A stretch of DNA of 64,000 nt from Hemiscyllium ocellatum (taxonomy: Eukaryota), in contig NC_083409.1 of NCBI RefSeq assembly GCF_020745735.1, positions 12,957,259 to 13,021,258 on the forward strand, written 5' to 3'. The position numbers and the translations under genes were made by a program. This document shows positions 11,357-24,480 of this stretch, in pieces; position 1 is the first letter of the stretch, and every line of letters begins with the position of its first letter. Under the pieces are notes generated by a model. It worked only from the letters and a program-made list of their open reading frames with translations. It ran no database searches and was not told the DNA's origin.

Positions 11357-13990
11357 TAACAGTGCACACGGAGGCCATTCCGTCCATCCTGTCTGCACCA
11401 GCTCTCCGAATGAGCAATACACTGAGTGTCATTCTCCTGCCTTCTCCCTGTCACCCTGCACATTGTTCCTTTTCAGATAACAGTCTCATTCCCTTCGGAA
11501 TGTTTCATTGAAGCTGCCTCCACCACACTCTCAGGCAGCGCATTCCACACCTTAACCACCCACTGGCTGAAAATATTTTTCTTCATCCCACTTTTGTTTC
11601 TTTTACCAATTACTTTCAATCTGTGGTCTCTCCTCTCAATCCTTTCTCAATTGGGAACATTTTCTCCCTGTTTACTCTGTCCAGACCCCTCCTGATGTTG
11701 AATTCCTCAAATACATCTCCTCTCAGCCTTCTCTTCTCCAAGGAAGACAGTCCAAATTTCTCCGTTGTATTTTCATAACTGGCATTACTCATCCTTGAAA
11801 CTTCCACGGTTTTTTTTAACATATCTGCAAAATATTCACTTCCTTCGTGAAATATTCACCTTATCTATTCCCTATAGTCCTGTTTGCCTGCATGTGGCTA
11901 AAATTTCTGTCGACCTTTCCTATCCATGTTATAATCAGACTCGCCTCTACAACCTCCTCTCACAGTTCATTCATACACGCACTGCCCTCTAAGTGAAAGA
12001 GATGCACCTCAGGTCCCTTTTGAATCTTTCCCCTCTAACCTTAAATGTCTGTCCTCTAGTTTTGGACTCCCCTATCCTGGGGAAAAGACCTTGACTGGTC
12101 ACCTTATCTATGCCCATTATGATTTTATAAACCTTTAAAATGTCACCCCGTAGCCTCTGACCTTCCAAGAAAATAGCCCAGGCCTAACCAGCCTCTCCTT
12201 ATAACTCAAACCCTCCAGTCTCGGTGACATCCTTGTCATCCTTTTTACACCCTCTCCAGTTTAATGACAGCCTTCCAATAGCAGCGTGACCAGAAATGTG
12301 GCCTGACCAACTCCTATACCCAATGCTCTGACTGGCAAGTGTAACCAAATGCTTTCTTCACCACCCTGCCGACATGTGACTCCAGTTTCAAGGCATTATA
12401 TGCCTCCACCCCTTGATTTCCCTGTTTGACAACACTCCCCATTGCCCCATAATTAACTGTGTAAACCCTGGCCTAGCTTTTGTACCAAAATTTAACACCT
12501 GCCTATTATCTCAATATGGAATGTAAATATGCTCTCAAATAGCCTTCGTCACTGCCCACTATGCCACCAATTTTGGTGTCATCTGCAAACTCACAAACCA
12601 TACTTCCTATATTTTCATTCAAATATTTTCTATAAATGACGAACAATGATGAACCCCGAACCAACTTTTTACCACACCGCTGGTCACAGGGTTCCAGTCT
12701 GAACAATAACCTTCTACCACCACTCTCTGTCTCCAACCATCAAACCAATTTTTACCAATTGGCTTGCTCTCCCTGGATTCCATTTGATGTAACCTTGCGG
12801 GAACTTGTCAAAGGCCTTGCTAAAGTCCATGTAGACAATGTCTACCACTCTGCCTTCAGTTATTAACTTGGTCATGTCTTCAAAAAACTCAATCAAATTT
12901 GTGACACAATTTCCCACTTACAAAGCCATGTGGATTATTCCTAATCGATCCTTGTCTTTTCAAATGTGTGTAGATCCTATCTTTCAAAATCCCTTCAATA
13001 ACTTACTCACCACTGGTATCAGACTCACCTTGCAGACTTTATTAACTAACAGCACAACATCATTCAAGCTCCAGTCTTCCAGCACATCACCCGTGGCTAT
13101 TGATGATACAAACATCTCTGCAAGGGGCATCGCTGTCTCTTCCCAAGTTTCCCAGAAACTGCTGGGATAGACCTGATCCGGTCCTGGGGATTTATCTACT
13201 TTAATGAGTTTTAAGAACAGATTACAGCACCTCTTCGTCTGTAATATGGACTCTTCTCAAGACATCAACAGTTATTTCCCAAATTTCTTCACTTCCATGT
13301 CTTTCTCAACTGTAAATATTGCGGTAAAATATTAGATTTGTGACTCATCCATATTTTGTTTGAAAAAGAAATGAAAATTTCTAAGTGTGAGACATTTGGA
13401 GGTGATACGTGGGATATGATCCATGGTCCTGACTTTACTCTGGATTGTCCTTTGTCCTTTTCCACTGTCTCCCTAAACCTTGTGATACAATGATCACTCT
13501 TCTCTAAATGTCCTCTCACTGACACTTGATCCACTTGAGCCTCCTCACTCCCAAGATCCAGGTCTAGCAGAGCATCCACTCCCATTCACCAGGAAACATA
13601 CGGCTGAAGAAAAATCACTGAGCACAATCTCACAACTCTGGCCCTCTTTGTCCTTCACACTGCTCCTATCCCATTCTATATTCTGATAACTAAAGTCCCC
13701 CTAATGTTTGCACTTCACTGTAAATTCCTTCCAGGTTTGTTCCTCTCCATCCTTCCCACTAGTCAGTGACCTACAGACTGCACTGAAAAAACTGATTGCA
13801 CATTTTGTTTCTGATCTTGAACCAAATCGGTTCTGTCCTTGACCGCTCTGGGACATCCTCTTTCTCCAGCTCTGCACCGATCTCCTTAACCAATCCCACA
13901 CCTCTCACTCTTCCCCCACTTTCCTATCTTTCCTAAATGCTTTGTATCCAGGAATATCTGTGTCTGTAACTCTCCAATCTTATTTGTTTC
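11357..13990 (-). mobile_element. CR1 LINE fragments in the J-C intron
   Basis: Motifs LIEFFEDMTK...VDIVYMDFSKAFDK, FADDTKIGG and SSLEKRRLRGD on the - strand. Confidence 0.85.
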
Positions 13991-14099
13991 TTTAAATGAT
14001 GAACAATGATGAACCCCGAACCAATCCTTTTGCCACACCGCTGGTCACAGTCTTCCAGTCTGAATAATAACTTTCTACCACCACTCTCTGTCTCCAACC

Positions 14100-15330
14100 A
14101 TCAAACCAATTTTGTACCAATTGGCTTGCTTGCCCTGGATCCCATTTGATCTAACCTTACTAACCAGTTGTCCATGTGTGCAGTCCCATACAGTCAACCG
14201 GATTTAGAATTTATTACTCTCTCCCTCACTCTGACCTTGCCCAAGAAGTTACTATTCCTTATTCTCGTGTATCTATCTCCCAGGTTTCTGTCTTCCTTGG
14301 TGTTCCTCCCTGATATTACCTCCTGGTTCACTCAGACCTGCCAAATTGGTTTAATCCCTCCCCAACAGCACAAGCAAGTCACACCTCAAGAAGCTCAATT
14401 CCTGCTCTGTTCAGGAGCAACCCATCCAGTCTATAGAGGTCGCACCTCCCCTGGAATCATTCCCAATGTCCAATATCTCAAACCCTCCCTCCTGGACCAT
14501 CTTTTCAGCCTCACATTCACCTGTCTTATCCTCCTATTCCTATTCTCACTTGCATTGGTTGCTGGGAGTAATCCAGAGATTCCTACTTTTGAGCTCCTGC
14601 TGCTAATTTCCTCCCGAGCTCCCTAAATTCTGACTGCAGGACCACATCCCTTTCCTCCCTCTGTCACTGGGACCGATGTGGACCAAGACTGTTGTCTGTT
14701 CCCCCTCTCCCCTCAGGATGCTCTACAGCAGCTCAGTGACATCCTTGACCCTGGCACCAGGGAGACAACACGCCATCCTGGATTCCCATCTGCAGCTGCA
14801 CAAACACCTATCGATTGTCCTCACTCTCGAATCTCTTCTCACTATCGCTCTTCCAGTCTTCCTTGTGCCCTCCCCCTGGTACAGCTGAGCCCCCCACCAC
14901 CACAGTGGTGCCATAGACTTGACTCTGGCTGCATTACCCAGATGAACCATCATTCTCATCAGGATTCTGAACTGAATCCTAATTGGAGAGAGGAATGCAC
15001 TCAGGGTATCCCTGTACTAGCTGCCTGGTCCTTTTGGACTGTCTGCTGCTCCCCCATTCCCTCTCTCCCTGCATACTCTGAAGCTGCAGAGTGACCACAT
15101 CTAGAAACGTGCTCTTCACGGACCTCTCAGCCTCACGGACGCTCCGCACTGACACCAGCTGCTGCTCAAGCTCCGAAACCCGGAGCTCCAACTGCTGTCA
15201 CTGATCACACTTCCTGTAATCATGGTATTCCAAGACCGGGGAAGCATTCTGAAGTTCCCACATGGAACAAGATGAACTTTTCTCCATTCCCTGATTACCT
15301 CTTGGCAAAGTTCTGATGACAAACAGCTCC
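14100..15330 (-). mobile_element. CR1 ORF1 region (coiled coil plus SGNH/GDSL esterase-like domain)
   Basis: ELRVSELEQQL... and RAIVRRDSRVRTIDRCLC..RWESRMACCLPGARVKDVTE, typical of vertebrate CR1 ORF1. Confidence 0.75.
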
Positions 15331-15394
15331 AGCAGGGCTCACAATCCAGTGCTCTCAGTGTTCTTGGGTTTTGCAGAGTCTCTTCAAAAATATC

Positions 15395-18300
15395 AGAATT
15401 AGGCCATTCGCCCCATCAAGTCTGCTGTGCCATTTGGTCATGGCTGATGTGTTTCTCACGACCATTGTCTTCCCTTCTTACCATTATGTTTGATTGCCTT
15501 TCCAGTCAAGAACCTACCAATGCCTGTCCTAAATGCACTCAATGACTTCACCACCACAGCAACTGGTTATCCTTTAACTCTGTGGCTGTGCCCACTGGTC
15601 CAATTTTCTCTTCCTTGTGGAAACATCTTCTCCACGTCCATTCTATCCAGGCCTCTCAGTATTCTGTAAGTGTCAATGTGATCTCCCCATGTCCTTCTGA
15701 ACTCCATCAAGTACACATCCAGAGTCCTCAACCGCTCCTCATCAGACCAGGCTGTCACCCCCAGGGTCATTCTTATAAACGTCCTCTGGATCTCCTCTAA
15801 TACAAGCACATCCCTCCTTAGATACAGGTCCCAAAACTGTTCACAATATTCCAAATGCAGTCTGACCAGAGTCTCATACAGCCTCAGCAGGACATACCTG
15901 TTCTTGTATTCTAACTCAGTTGAAATGAATGATAACATTGCATTTGTCTTCCTAATTGCCAACTGAACCAAAATGTTCACCTTCAGAGTAACCTGAAAGA
16001 GGACTTCCAAGTCCCTTTGTACTTGAGAATTCTGAATTTCCCCATTTAGAAAACAGTTTGAGCTTCTGTTCTTCCAACCAAGCTGCATAACCTCACACAT
16101 TCCCATATTGTATTCCATCTGCCACTTCGTTGCCCACTCTCTGAGCCTTTCCAAGTCCTTCTGCAGCCTCCCTGCTTCCTCAACTCTCCCTGTCCCTCAC
16201 CTCATCTTTGTGTCATCAGCAAATTTAGGAACAATGCCCTCAGTTCCTTTTCCCAGATCGTTGATATATAATTAATTGTTACATGATCAGCTGAAGTCCC
16301 AACACTGCCCCCTGCTGAACTGCACGAGGCACCAGCTGCCATCCTGCAAAAGACCCATTTATTCCCGCTCTCTATCCATGTCAGTACCGGGCCCCAAACC
16401 CCATGGGCTCTTATGTTATTTAGCAGCCTCCTGTGTGGCAACTTGTCAAAGGCCTTCTAGAAATCCAAATAGATCATGTTGATTGGTTCTCCTTTGTCTA
16501 ACTTGTCATTAACTCCTCTTATTACATAGAATTCCAGCATCTCCCTCTCGAACTGCAGGGTGAATTCTAACACATTATGGTCACTGCCCCCTCAGGGTTC
16601 ATTCACCTTCAGTTCCCCAATCAGAGCTGCCTCATTACACATCACCGAATCCAGAATTACCTGTTTCCTAGGGGATCTACCACAAACTATTCCGAAAAAG
16701 CCTCTCGTAGACATTCCATGAATTCCCTTCCTTGAGATCCATTCCCAACCTGACTTTCCCAGTTCACCTGCATATTGCAGTCCCCACAACTATTGTAATA
16801 ATCCCTTTCTTACATGCCTTTTCTGTCTCCTGATTTATTTTCTGATCCACGTCCCGATTACTGCAAGGAGGTTTGTACATAATTCCCATCAGGTTCTTTG
16901 TTCCTTTGTGGTTTCTTAAATTGACTCACACAGATTCTATGCACTCTAACATTATATTTCCTCTTGCTGTCGATGTAACTTCAATTCTAACTGACAGAGT
17001 AAACCCACTCCCCAACTTGCCCATCTACTGATCACGAGGAACGTAAAAACATAGAAAATAGCTGCAGGAACAGGCTATTTAGCCCTGAGAGCCTGCACCA
17101 CCGTTCAATATGATCATTACTGATTATGCAATCTCCGATTCCCATTCCCACTCTCCCCAATATCCCTTGATCCTTTTAGCTGCAAGTGCCACATTCCTCT
17201 TGATATATGTCTAACAAACTGCCCCCATGAGCTTTCTGTGGTAGAGAATTCCACAGGTTCACAACATCTGAATAACCTAACCTTATTTGTGATCTTTGAA
17301 GCCGAGTTTTGGATTTCTCTAATATCGGGAACATTCTTCCAGCATCGAGCCTGTCAAGTCCCATCAGGATTTTACATGTTTCTGTGAGATTCCCCTCATT
17401 CTTCTAAATCCCAGTGAGTACAAGCCCAGTCAATCATATGTCAGTCCTGCTGTCCCAGGAATCAGTCTCATGCACCTTCGCCGGGCTCCCTCAATAGCAA
17501 GAATGTCCTTCCTCAGACTAGGAGACTAAAATTGCGCACAATACTCAAGGTGAGGCCTCACCAAGGCCCTGTTTAATTCTGCAAGAAGTCCTTACTCCAA
17601 TACACAAATCCTCTCACTGTGAAGGCCAACATGCCATTAGCTTTCCTCACTGCCTGCTGCACGTGCGTGCCCCCTTTCAGTGACTGTTCCACCATGACAC
17701 CCAGCTCTCATTGCACCTCACGTTTTCCTAAACTTTCACCATTTATTAATAATTTGACTTCCTGTTTACCACCAAAGTGGATGATCTCACATTTACCCAC
17801 ATTATATTGCATTTGCCAAGCATTTGTCCACTTAGCCAGCCTGTCCAAGTAACGCTGCAGCCTCTTAGCATCCTCCTCACACCACACACTGTCACCCAGC
17901 TTCATGTCATCTGCAAGTTTGCATGGATTGCATTCAATACCTTTGTCCATGTCATTTATGTATATTGTGAACAGCTGGGGTCCCAGCACTGAACCCCTGC
18001 AGTACCCCACTCACCACTGCCTGCCACTCTGAGAAGGACCCATTTATTCCAACTCTCTGCTTTCTATCTGGCAACGAGTTCTCTCTCCATGTCAATACAT
18101 TACATCCAATACCATGTGGTTTAATGTAACTCACTAATCTCATGTATGGGACCTTGTCAAAAGCCTTTTGAAATTCCAGATACACAATATCCACTGAGTT
18201 CTGAGGGAGGGTCACTCAATTCGAAACTCTAACTTCGATTGTTCTCCACAGATGCTGCCAGATTTGCTAAAATGTTTCATCATTTTTTTTTTGTTTTGTT

Positions 18301-18780
18301 GTCCACTGATTCAGCCTTGTCCACTCTCAGCTGATCACATCCTCAAAACCTTCCGGAAGATGTGTCAGGCCTGATTTCCCTTTCGTAAATCCATGCTGAC
18401 TTGGACCGATCCTGTCACTGCTTTCCAAATGCTCGGTTATTGTATCTTTAATAACTGACTCTGGTGTTTTCCTCATGTATAATTCCTCATTTTCACTCTC
18501 CCTCCTTTTAGTAAAAAGTGGGGTTATATTGGATACTGTCCAGTCCATTGGAACTCTGTCAGAATCGACAGAATGCCAGAAAATGATCACAAATGTGCCC
18601 ATTATTTCTACACCCACTTTCTTAAGGACTCTGAGTTGCAGAGCATCAGGCCCTGGGGACTTACCAAGTTTTGATACCATCAGTCTCCCCAAGACCATAT
18701 CCTGACTAATAAGGATTATCTTCAGTCCTTCCTTCACACTTGACCCTCTATCCCCTTGCATTTCCTTTCAATAGGATGTG
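15395..18780 (-). mobile_element. Two stacked CR1 ORF2 fragments
   Basis: ORFs 15567-16154, 17708-18010, 17952-18215 and 18327-18761 carry YLEFQKAFDKVP, GSVLGPQLFTIYIND and SPGPDALQLRVLK. Confidence 0.85.
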
Positions 18781-18919
18781 CATCCTTGGATATTTAGTCC
18801 CCAGCCCTGATCCCCTTGCAGCCACGTCCCTGCGCTACAGGCTCATTTACCTTGTTTCACATACTCCATACATCGAAGTACAACACCCTCAGTCATGCAT
18901 TGACTGCCTCCTTGTCATA

Positions 18920-19098
18920 GTTGAAAATGTGTTGCTGGTTAAAGCGCAGAAGGTCAGGCAACATCCAAGGAACAGGAAATTCGACGTTTCGGGCACAAGC
19001 CTTTCATCTGATGAAGGGCTTGTACCCGAAACGTCGAATTCCCTGTTCCTTGGATGCTGCCTGACCTGCTGCGCTTTAACCAGCAACACATTTTCAGC
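18920..19098. repeat. Near-perfect 179-bp palindrome made of two head-to-head Penelope terminal repeats
   Basis: Arms 18920-19008 and 19010-19098 with a 1-nt spacer; 6 mismatches in 89 bp. Confidence 0.92.
19008..19035 (+). ncRNA. Minimal hammerhead ribozyme core (Penelope type); stem I lost
   Basis: CUGAUGA-A-GGG(CUUGUA)CCC-GAAA-CG-UC, with a palindromic ACGU in stem III. Confidence 0.55.
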
Positions 19099-19149
19099 TC
19101 TGATCTCCAGCATCTGCAGACCTCACTTTTTACTCCTTCTCATAGTTAT

Positions 19150-19410
19150 CTCTTTTAGAATTCATAGTATTCCTACAGTGTGGAAGCAGGCCATTCAGCC
19201 CAGCCTGACACTCGAAATAGCATCCCACCCACCCTACCATTCCCATGGATAATCCTCCTAACCTACACATCTTTGTGACAATGGGAGGAAACCCAAGTAG
19301 ACACGGGGAGAATGTATAAACAACACACAGATAGTCAGTTGGAATTGAGTCTGTGTCTCCGGAGCTGTGAGACAGCAGTGCTAACCACTGATCCACCATT
19401 CCACCCTGCG
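19150..19410 (-). mobile_element. HE1-type SINE (decayed)
   Basis: acagtgtggaagcaggccattc...gagacagcagtgctaaccactga. Confidence 0.7.
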
Positions 19411-20222
19411 GGGCCTCAAGTTCGATTCCTCATCCTTTCCATACTCTCTATCCTAGTACTTGGTCTGGATACTTTAATAAAGTGTCCTGAGCCCCTACCT
19501 TCTTCAAACAGTTTAAATTCCTCGAAGCTTGATTTACCTTGGTTTGTGTGGTACCACTTTGTCTACATTATTCCGAATCGGTCATGCATTAAGAGACAAA
19601 GCCTTTGAGTTTGTTCTAGTATTGAGCTTCCCTGCACTTTTAAGTTTCCTTAGTACAATAAGACATTCACAATACTCTGTCCTTTCCTTTTATTTTCTGG
19701 TAACAATCAATCCCATCACTATCCAGTAACTCTCCCTTCTCCTTTAACTTTCATTTTCTCATTTTCCATCCAACTGTTCCAGTTACTTTTTCTTTGAATC
19801 ATATTCAGGCTGATATTTATCCCTGAACAAACATCACTCAAAATGTTCCTTGGTTCATTGTTACTTGTGGGATCTTGCTGTGTACAATCTGGCTTTCACA
19901 TTTCCTGCATTCCTACAGTGAGCACATTCCAAACAAGTTCCACACTGTCTGCAAATGTCTTGGGGACAGCATGGATCTTTCTTTTCTTTGGATGAACTGG
20001 GAGTCTTTCAGATGTGAAAGATTCCGTTCCAATGTTGCACAGTCCTCCTCCTGAATTACAGTTCCTGCTTTGTCCCTCTCTTTTGTGAAAACAGACCGGA
20101 AGTTTTCATGAGGAACAATTGCTCCATCTTCCACCCCCACACACAAGTTCCCTTCCTGCTCTCGAATGGGCCTCATACATTCCTTCATTCTCTTGTTCTT
20201 TCTGTGATTATAAAACATCACT

Positions 20223-20232
20223 GGGATTTCCC
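20223..20232 (+). promoter_or_regulatory. Candidate NF-kB site GGGATTTCCC upstream of C1
   Basis: Perfect GGGRNWYYCC match about 510 nt before the C exon; retained at 30369-30378 before C2. It lies in old CR1-like sequence. Confidence 0.3.
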
Positions 20233-20739
20233 TGACTTCATTTGGACACATTTCATCCTGTCAGCTCTTTGCTTTCCTCAGGTCTTGGTAAATCTCACCC
20301 CTGCATTTTGTCTTTCAGCCTACTTTTATCAAATCACTGCCCAGTTTAGTAAAATGGTTTGTTCCCAAATAAAAACATTTACATTTGTTCCGTGGTTCTC
20401 TATTTACATCCCTACTCTCAATCTCACTGAGTTCTGGTCACTGTCACTGAAATGCTCCCCCATTGATAACCCTTCCAGCTGCCCACATTCATTCCATAAA
20501 TGATGGTCCAAAACTGTCCCTTCTCTTTCACCATCACTTTCTCAGCGGCGATTAGGGATGGGCAATAAATGCTGGCCCTTCCACTGACACTCACATCCCA
20601 ATTTTAAACGGCCCTGTCCTTTTATGGGGCTTATTAGGTATTGAATACAAATGTTCAAATTGATTGTTTTGCCAGTGAAGGTTCAGAGTTGAAATCCCTT
20701 TGAATGGCAGGGATTAAAATTGTTTCTCTTGTCTTTCAG

Positions 20740-21068
20740 GCCGTGAGAACTCTCAGCCCAAGCTGACCCTGCTGCCCCCCTCCCCGGAGCAGATCAATGC
20801 CAAGGGCACTGCCACCCTGGTGTGCCTTGCCAATCACTTCTATCCCGATGAGCTGGAGGTGCAGTGGAAGAAGGATGGTGCAGTCATTTCGGATGGGGTT
20901 CAGACCAGCAACTACCTGCGAGCTTCGGACAGCACCTACAGTGTCAGCAGCCTGCTGACCCTCTCTGGATCTGACTGGGAGTCCAATGCTCGCTTCTCCT
21001 GTGCCCTCACCCACATGACCCTCCCGTCTCCCCTCAGCAAGAGCATCAGGAGATCAGAATGTGTGTAG
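20740..21068 (+). CDS. IGKC: Ig kappa constant exon C1 (intact)
   Basis: Acceptor tttcttcttgtctttcAG. Encodes (S)RENSQPKLTLLPPSP...TATLVCLANHFYPDELEVQWKKDG...YSVSSLLTL...ARFSCALTH...SIRRSECV*, with both domain cysteines and the penultimate Cys. Confidence 0.97.
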
Positions 21069-21593
21069 AGTGTTTGAGACAGTCCACAGAGGAGACACAA
21101 CTTTAAATAGAACAGGGCTGAGCTGCCAGGACAAAGGTCATTGCCAGCACAGAATTTCAATTCTCTTCCTTCTCAGGACTGGCTCAGAGACACGTCTGAG
21201 GTTCAAGGGTTAAGGCAGGTCTTTGGGATCATCAAAAATAAGCTTTACTCTGTATCATACCCCATGCTGACCCTGTTCTAGGAGTGTTTGATTGGACAGT
21301 GAAGACTAGTGATGCCAAGTAAAACCTCTCGAAGATGCTGAAAACTGTCAGCTGTTCAAAACAATGTGAACCTCAGAAGTCTCTGTTTCAGTAAACCAGG
21401 TCTCCTTCCTGCTCAGCCGCCAGTTCCAATTTAAGGTTTTGTCACTGTTTAAAGGGACAGGATTCCCATGTTATTGAGAAAATCTCCACAAGTGTTTTCC
21501 TTAAGCTCCATTGTGGCTGTGAATTTGAGCAGCTTCCTCTGTCTGGGCTGTTAGTTGCAGTCTGTTTTCTGTTCATGTTAATCTGGAAATGGG

Positions 21594-21599
21594 AATAAA
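21594..21599 (+). terminator. Polyadenylation signal AATAAA for C1
   Basis: First canonical AATAAA I found after the C1 stop (about 525 nt downstream); conserved in the C2 duplicate. Confidence 0.65.
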
Positions 21600-24119
21600 G
21601 ATGAAGAAGATTCAGTCTCTGTCTCTGTGTGTGCTTTGGGAATGGCCAGAGCTGAAACTTCAGGGAAAGGTGTGTGAAGTGTTAACCTCCAACTTCAAGG
21701 CCTGGAACAAAAGGGGGAGAATCGAGGAGTTAATGGGGTCCCTGGAGAAGGAGGGCAATTCTACAACTGTGTCCAGAGGGGTTCTTTCAGAAGGAATGCA
21801 GGGCCCCAAGGAATTCTTTCCCAATAAATGGAGAAAAGAAGGAAGGCAGGAAGGGACACTGGGGAACACAATAATCTGATGGAAATTCCCTCACCCATCC
21901 CTTAGGCACAGCAAGATGCCAGGTCAAGAAATTCAACTCAACTGTTTGTGAGCCAGTGCCATTGGGAACCCTGTATTTATGAATATGACCAGCAGGCTCT
22001 TGTTACTCAGAATAACAATTCTACAGGGTTTGAGAAATACATATTCCATAAATTAGACCTGGGTTTTCTTTCCTCTTCAAATGGGATGGAATTGCCCCGT
22101 GTGTCCATGGGGTCAGATTGAGAATGTTCAATCCGGGGGCATCTGGGAGTCACGGCTGGGGAGGATCATCAATGATAAACCTTCTGCTGTCATATTCTGT
22201 AGCCCCTGGGCCATCTCAGTGAGGATCACCCAGGGCTCAGGGTGGATTCCAGAGCAGCTCATTGTCCTGACTGTTGTGTTCCTCAGTCCACACGTGGCTC
22301 CAGCAATCTCACTCCATGGTTTTGGTATCAATGGGAACCATGGGGCTGAAATCTTATCCAAACAGACCCTCACACAGCGGGGAGGCTGCTGGTGGCTCAG
22401 AAACCCCTTGGATTCAGTCCCAGATTCCACTGTGGCTCTTTCATCAAACACAGCATTAGCACACTGACACCACATTCAGAGGGCAATCCTGAGATGGGGC
22501 AAGTTTGGTTCTTGATTCCAATGTGAGGAAATGGGGGCTGGGTGTGAAATGTCTAGTCTGAAACTGGTGGGGGTACTTTATAATGAAGAATAGAAACTGA
22601 TGTCAGAATAAAGTCAGGTGTTGATGGGAGTGAGGAATATCTCAGTGATCTGTCTCCAGAATCCACAGCCGGTACACATCCTTCTGTCAGACAGAGAAAC
22701 TGCTCCTTGACATCCTATATTTCTCTATCTTTCCCAGAAAAGGTGAAATATTCTCTGCCTCTCTGGTACAGGACTTTTTAAAAAGGGCTGTGGGAAGGGA
22801 ACTGTTGACTCTCAATGACAAAGCCAATGGAAGGATGTGGAGCTGGCACAGTGAAATGTTAGGGCACAGAGGATGACACCAGAAGCAATTCAATGTTGTC
22901 ACTCTCTCCTTTTTAATTGTCAAACTGGTAATAATTGGTTTTCCCTCACAACTTGCTCTCTTGTATTTGATCCACGTGCCTTTCTTGCTTTGCTTCTTTT
23001 GACGTCAGTCTGTGGGCAATTCCATCAAAGCCCAATCTCCTCACACCCATCCTGGCCCCTGAGGAGATTAGAGACAAAAAAAACTGCAAATGCTAGAATC
23101 CAAGGTTAACAAGCAGGAGGCTGGGAGAACACAGCAAACCAGGAAACCTCCGGAGGTGGAGATGTTGACGTTTTTGGTGTAACCTTTCTTCAGGAAGTGG
23201 GGTGGGTGGGTGTTGGGGGAGCTGCAGATAAAGGGAGTGGTGGGGCCAGGGTGGTTAGGTGGGGATAGGTGGAGACAGGTAGAGGATAGGACCTGGTTGG
23301 TCGAGGGGAGGGATGATTCTGGATTCATTTCTCCCATCAACAAATCAGGTAATTCTCTCTATCTTTCTCAACCTATCCCCACCTCACCACCTCACTACCT
23401 CACTCCAACCCACCCCTTTATCTGCAACTCCCCTCACACCTATTCCCCTCTTCCTGAAGAAGAGTTACGCCTAAAATGTCGGCCCCTGAAGAGATTCGAC
23501 ATGGTTATTTCACTGAATCAAATCATCGAGCGCATCAATCCTGAGAACAGATTCCAGCATTGAAGTCATATTTCCTGTTTGCAAACGTAAAGTCTCTCTC
23601 AGGCTGAAAGAAGGAAGCCTTCGATTGAGAAATGAGTGAGCTTAACCCATATCCTGAACAACAGCACAACAGAATGGAGTAATATAAATCAGAAACAGTA
23701 TAAGTACAGGGCAGCCTATATACTGCAGCTCGCACTAGGTGCAGCCAGCACAGAGGGGAATGCTGGTCAGTGTGGTAGTTTGGTGAACTCAGAGAAGGAG
23801 TCTACCTTTGCTTTTCCAACCTGATTTGGAACTGTCACTTCAGCTGATGGGAGCCTGCACATGCACTTGGTTTGAATGAAACAAAATGATAAACAAGAAA
23901 ATAGGAATCTGGATTTGTTTAGTTTGAGGGGCTGTATAAATAGACTGCTTCAGGACATGTCCATTAGGGAAGTTTAATAAATGGAAAGTAGACTGAAACA
24001 GACTGAAGACAATTACTGCTCTAATGAAGGAATGGATATTTTTCATTTGTAAGTGAGATCAACATTTCTTTATTGCATTGAAATGATTCAGGGTAAATAC
24101 ATCTGCAGTGAATGTATAA

Positions 24120-24480
24120 AACTACAGGAGCTCCCACTCAGGGTGTTTGGAATGAAGGCTGAATTGAAAAAGCAGTGATACATCAGGGAGTGCCGGAGAT
24201 ACCTGGAGGATTAGTTCCAGAAGGAAGTTATAGGCCTCAAGACTAAACAGTTCAATTCCTCGTTGTAGTAAGGGGCAGGAGGGTATGACACACGAGGGAG
24301 GCAGATAGGGGGTTGGAGAATACAGTGGGACAGGAAAACCCCTCACTCTTCTAAACCCCACTGAGAACAAGGCCAGCCTTTCCAATCCTTCCTCATCACA
24401 CAGCCCACTCATACCAGGGATCAATCTGGTAAAACTCCTCTGAACCACCTCCAATGCATTTATATTCTTCTTTCAATAAG
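24120..24480 (-). mobile_element. CR1 3' fragment
   Basis: EVVQRSFTRLIPGMSGLCDEEGLERLALFS. Confidence 0.75.

Noticed and set aside
22081-22475. Overlapping 128-aa (+) and 115-aa (-) ORFs in unique sequence 3' of C1
   Set aside because: No recognisable domain, splice structure or Ig fold. ORFs of this length arise by chance in GC-balanced DNA.
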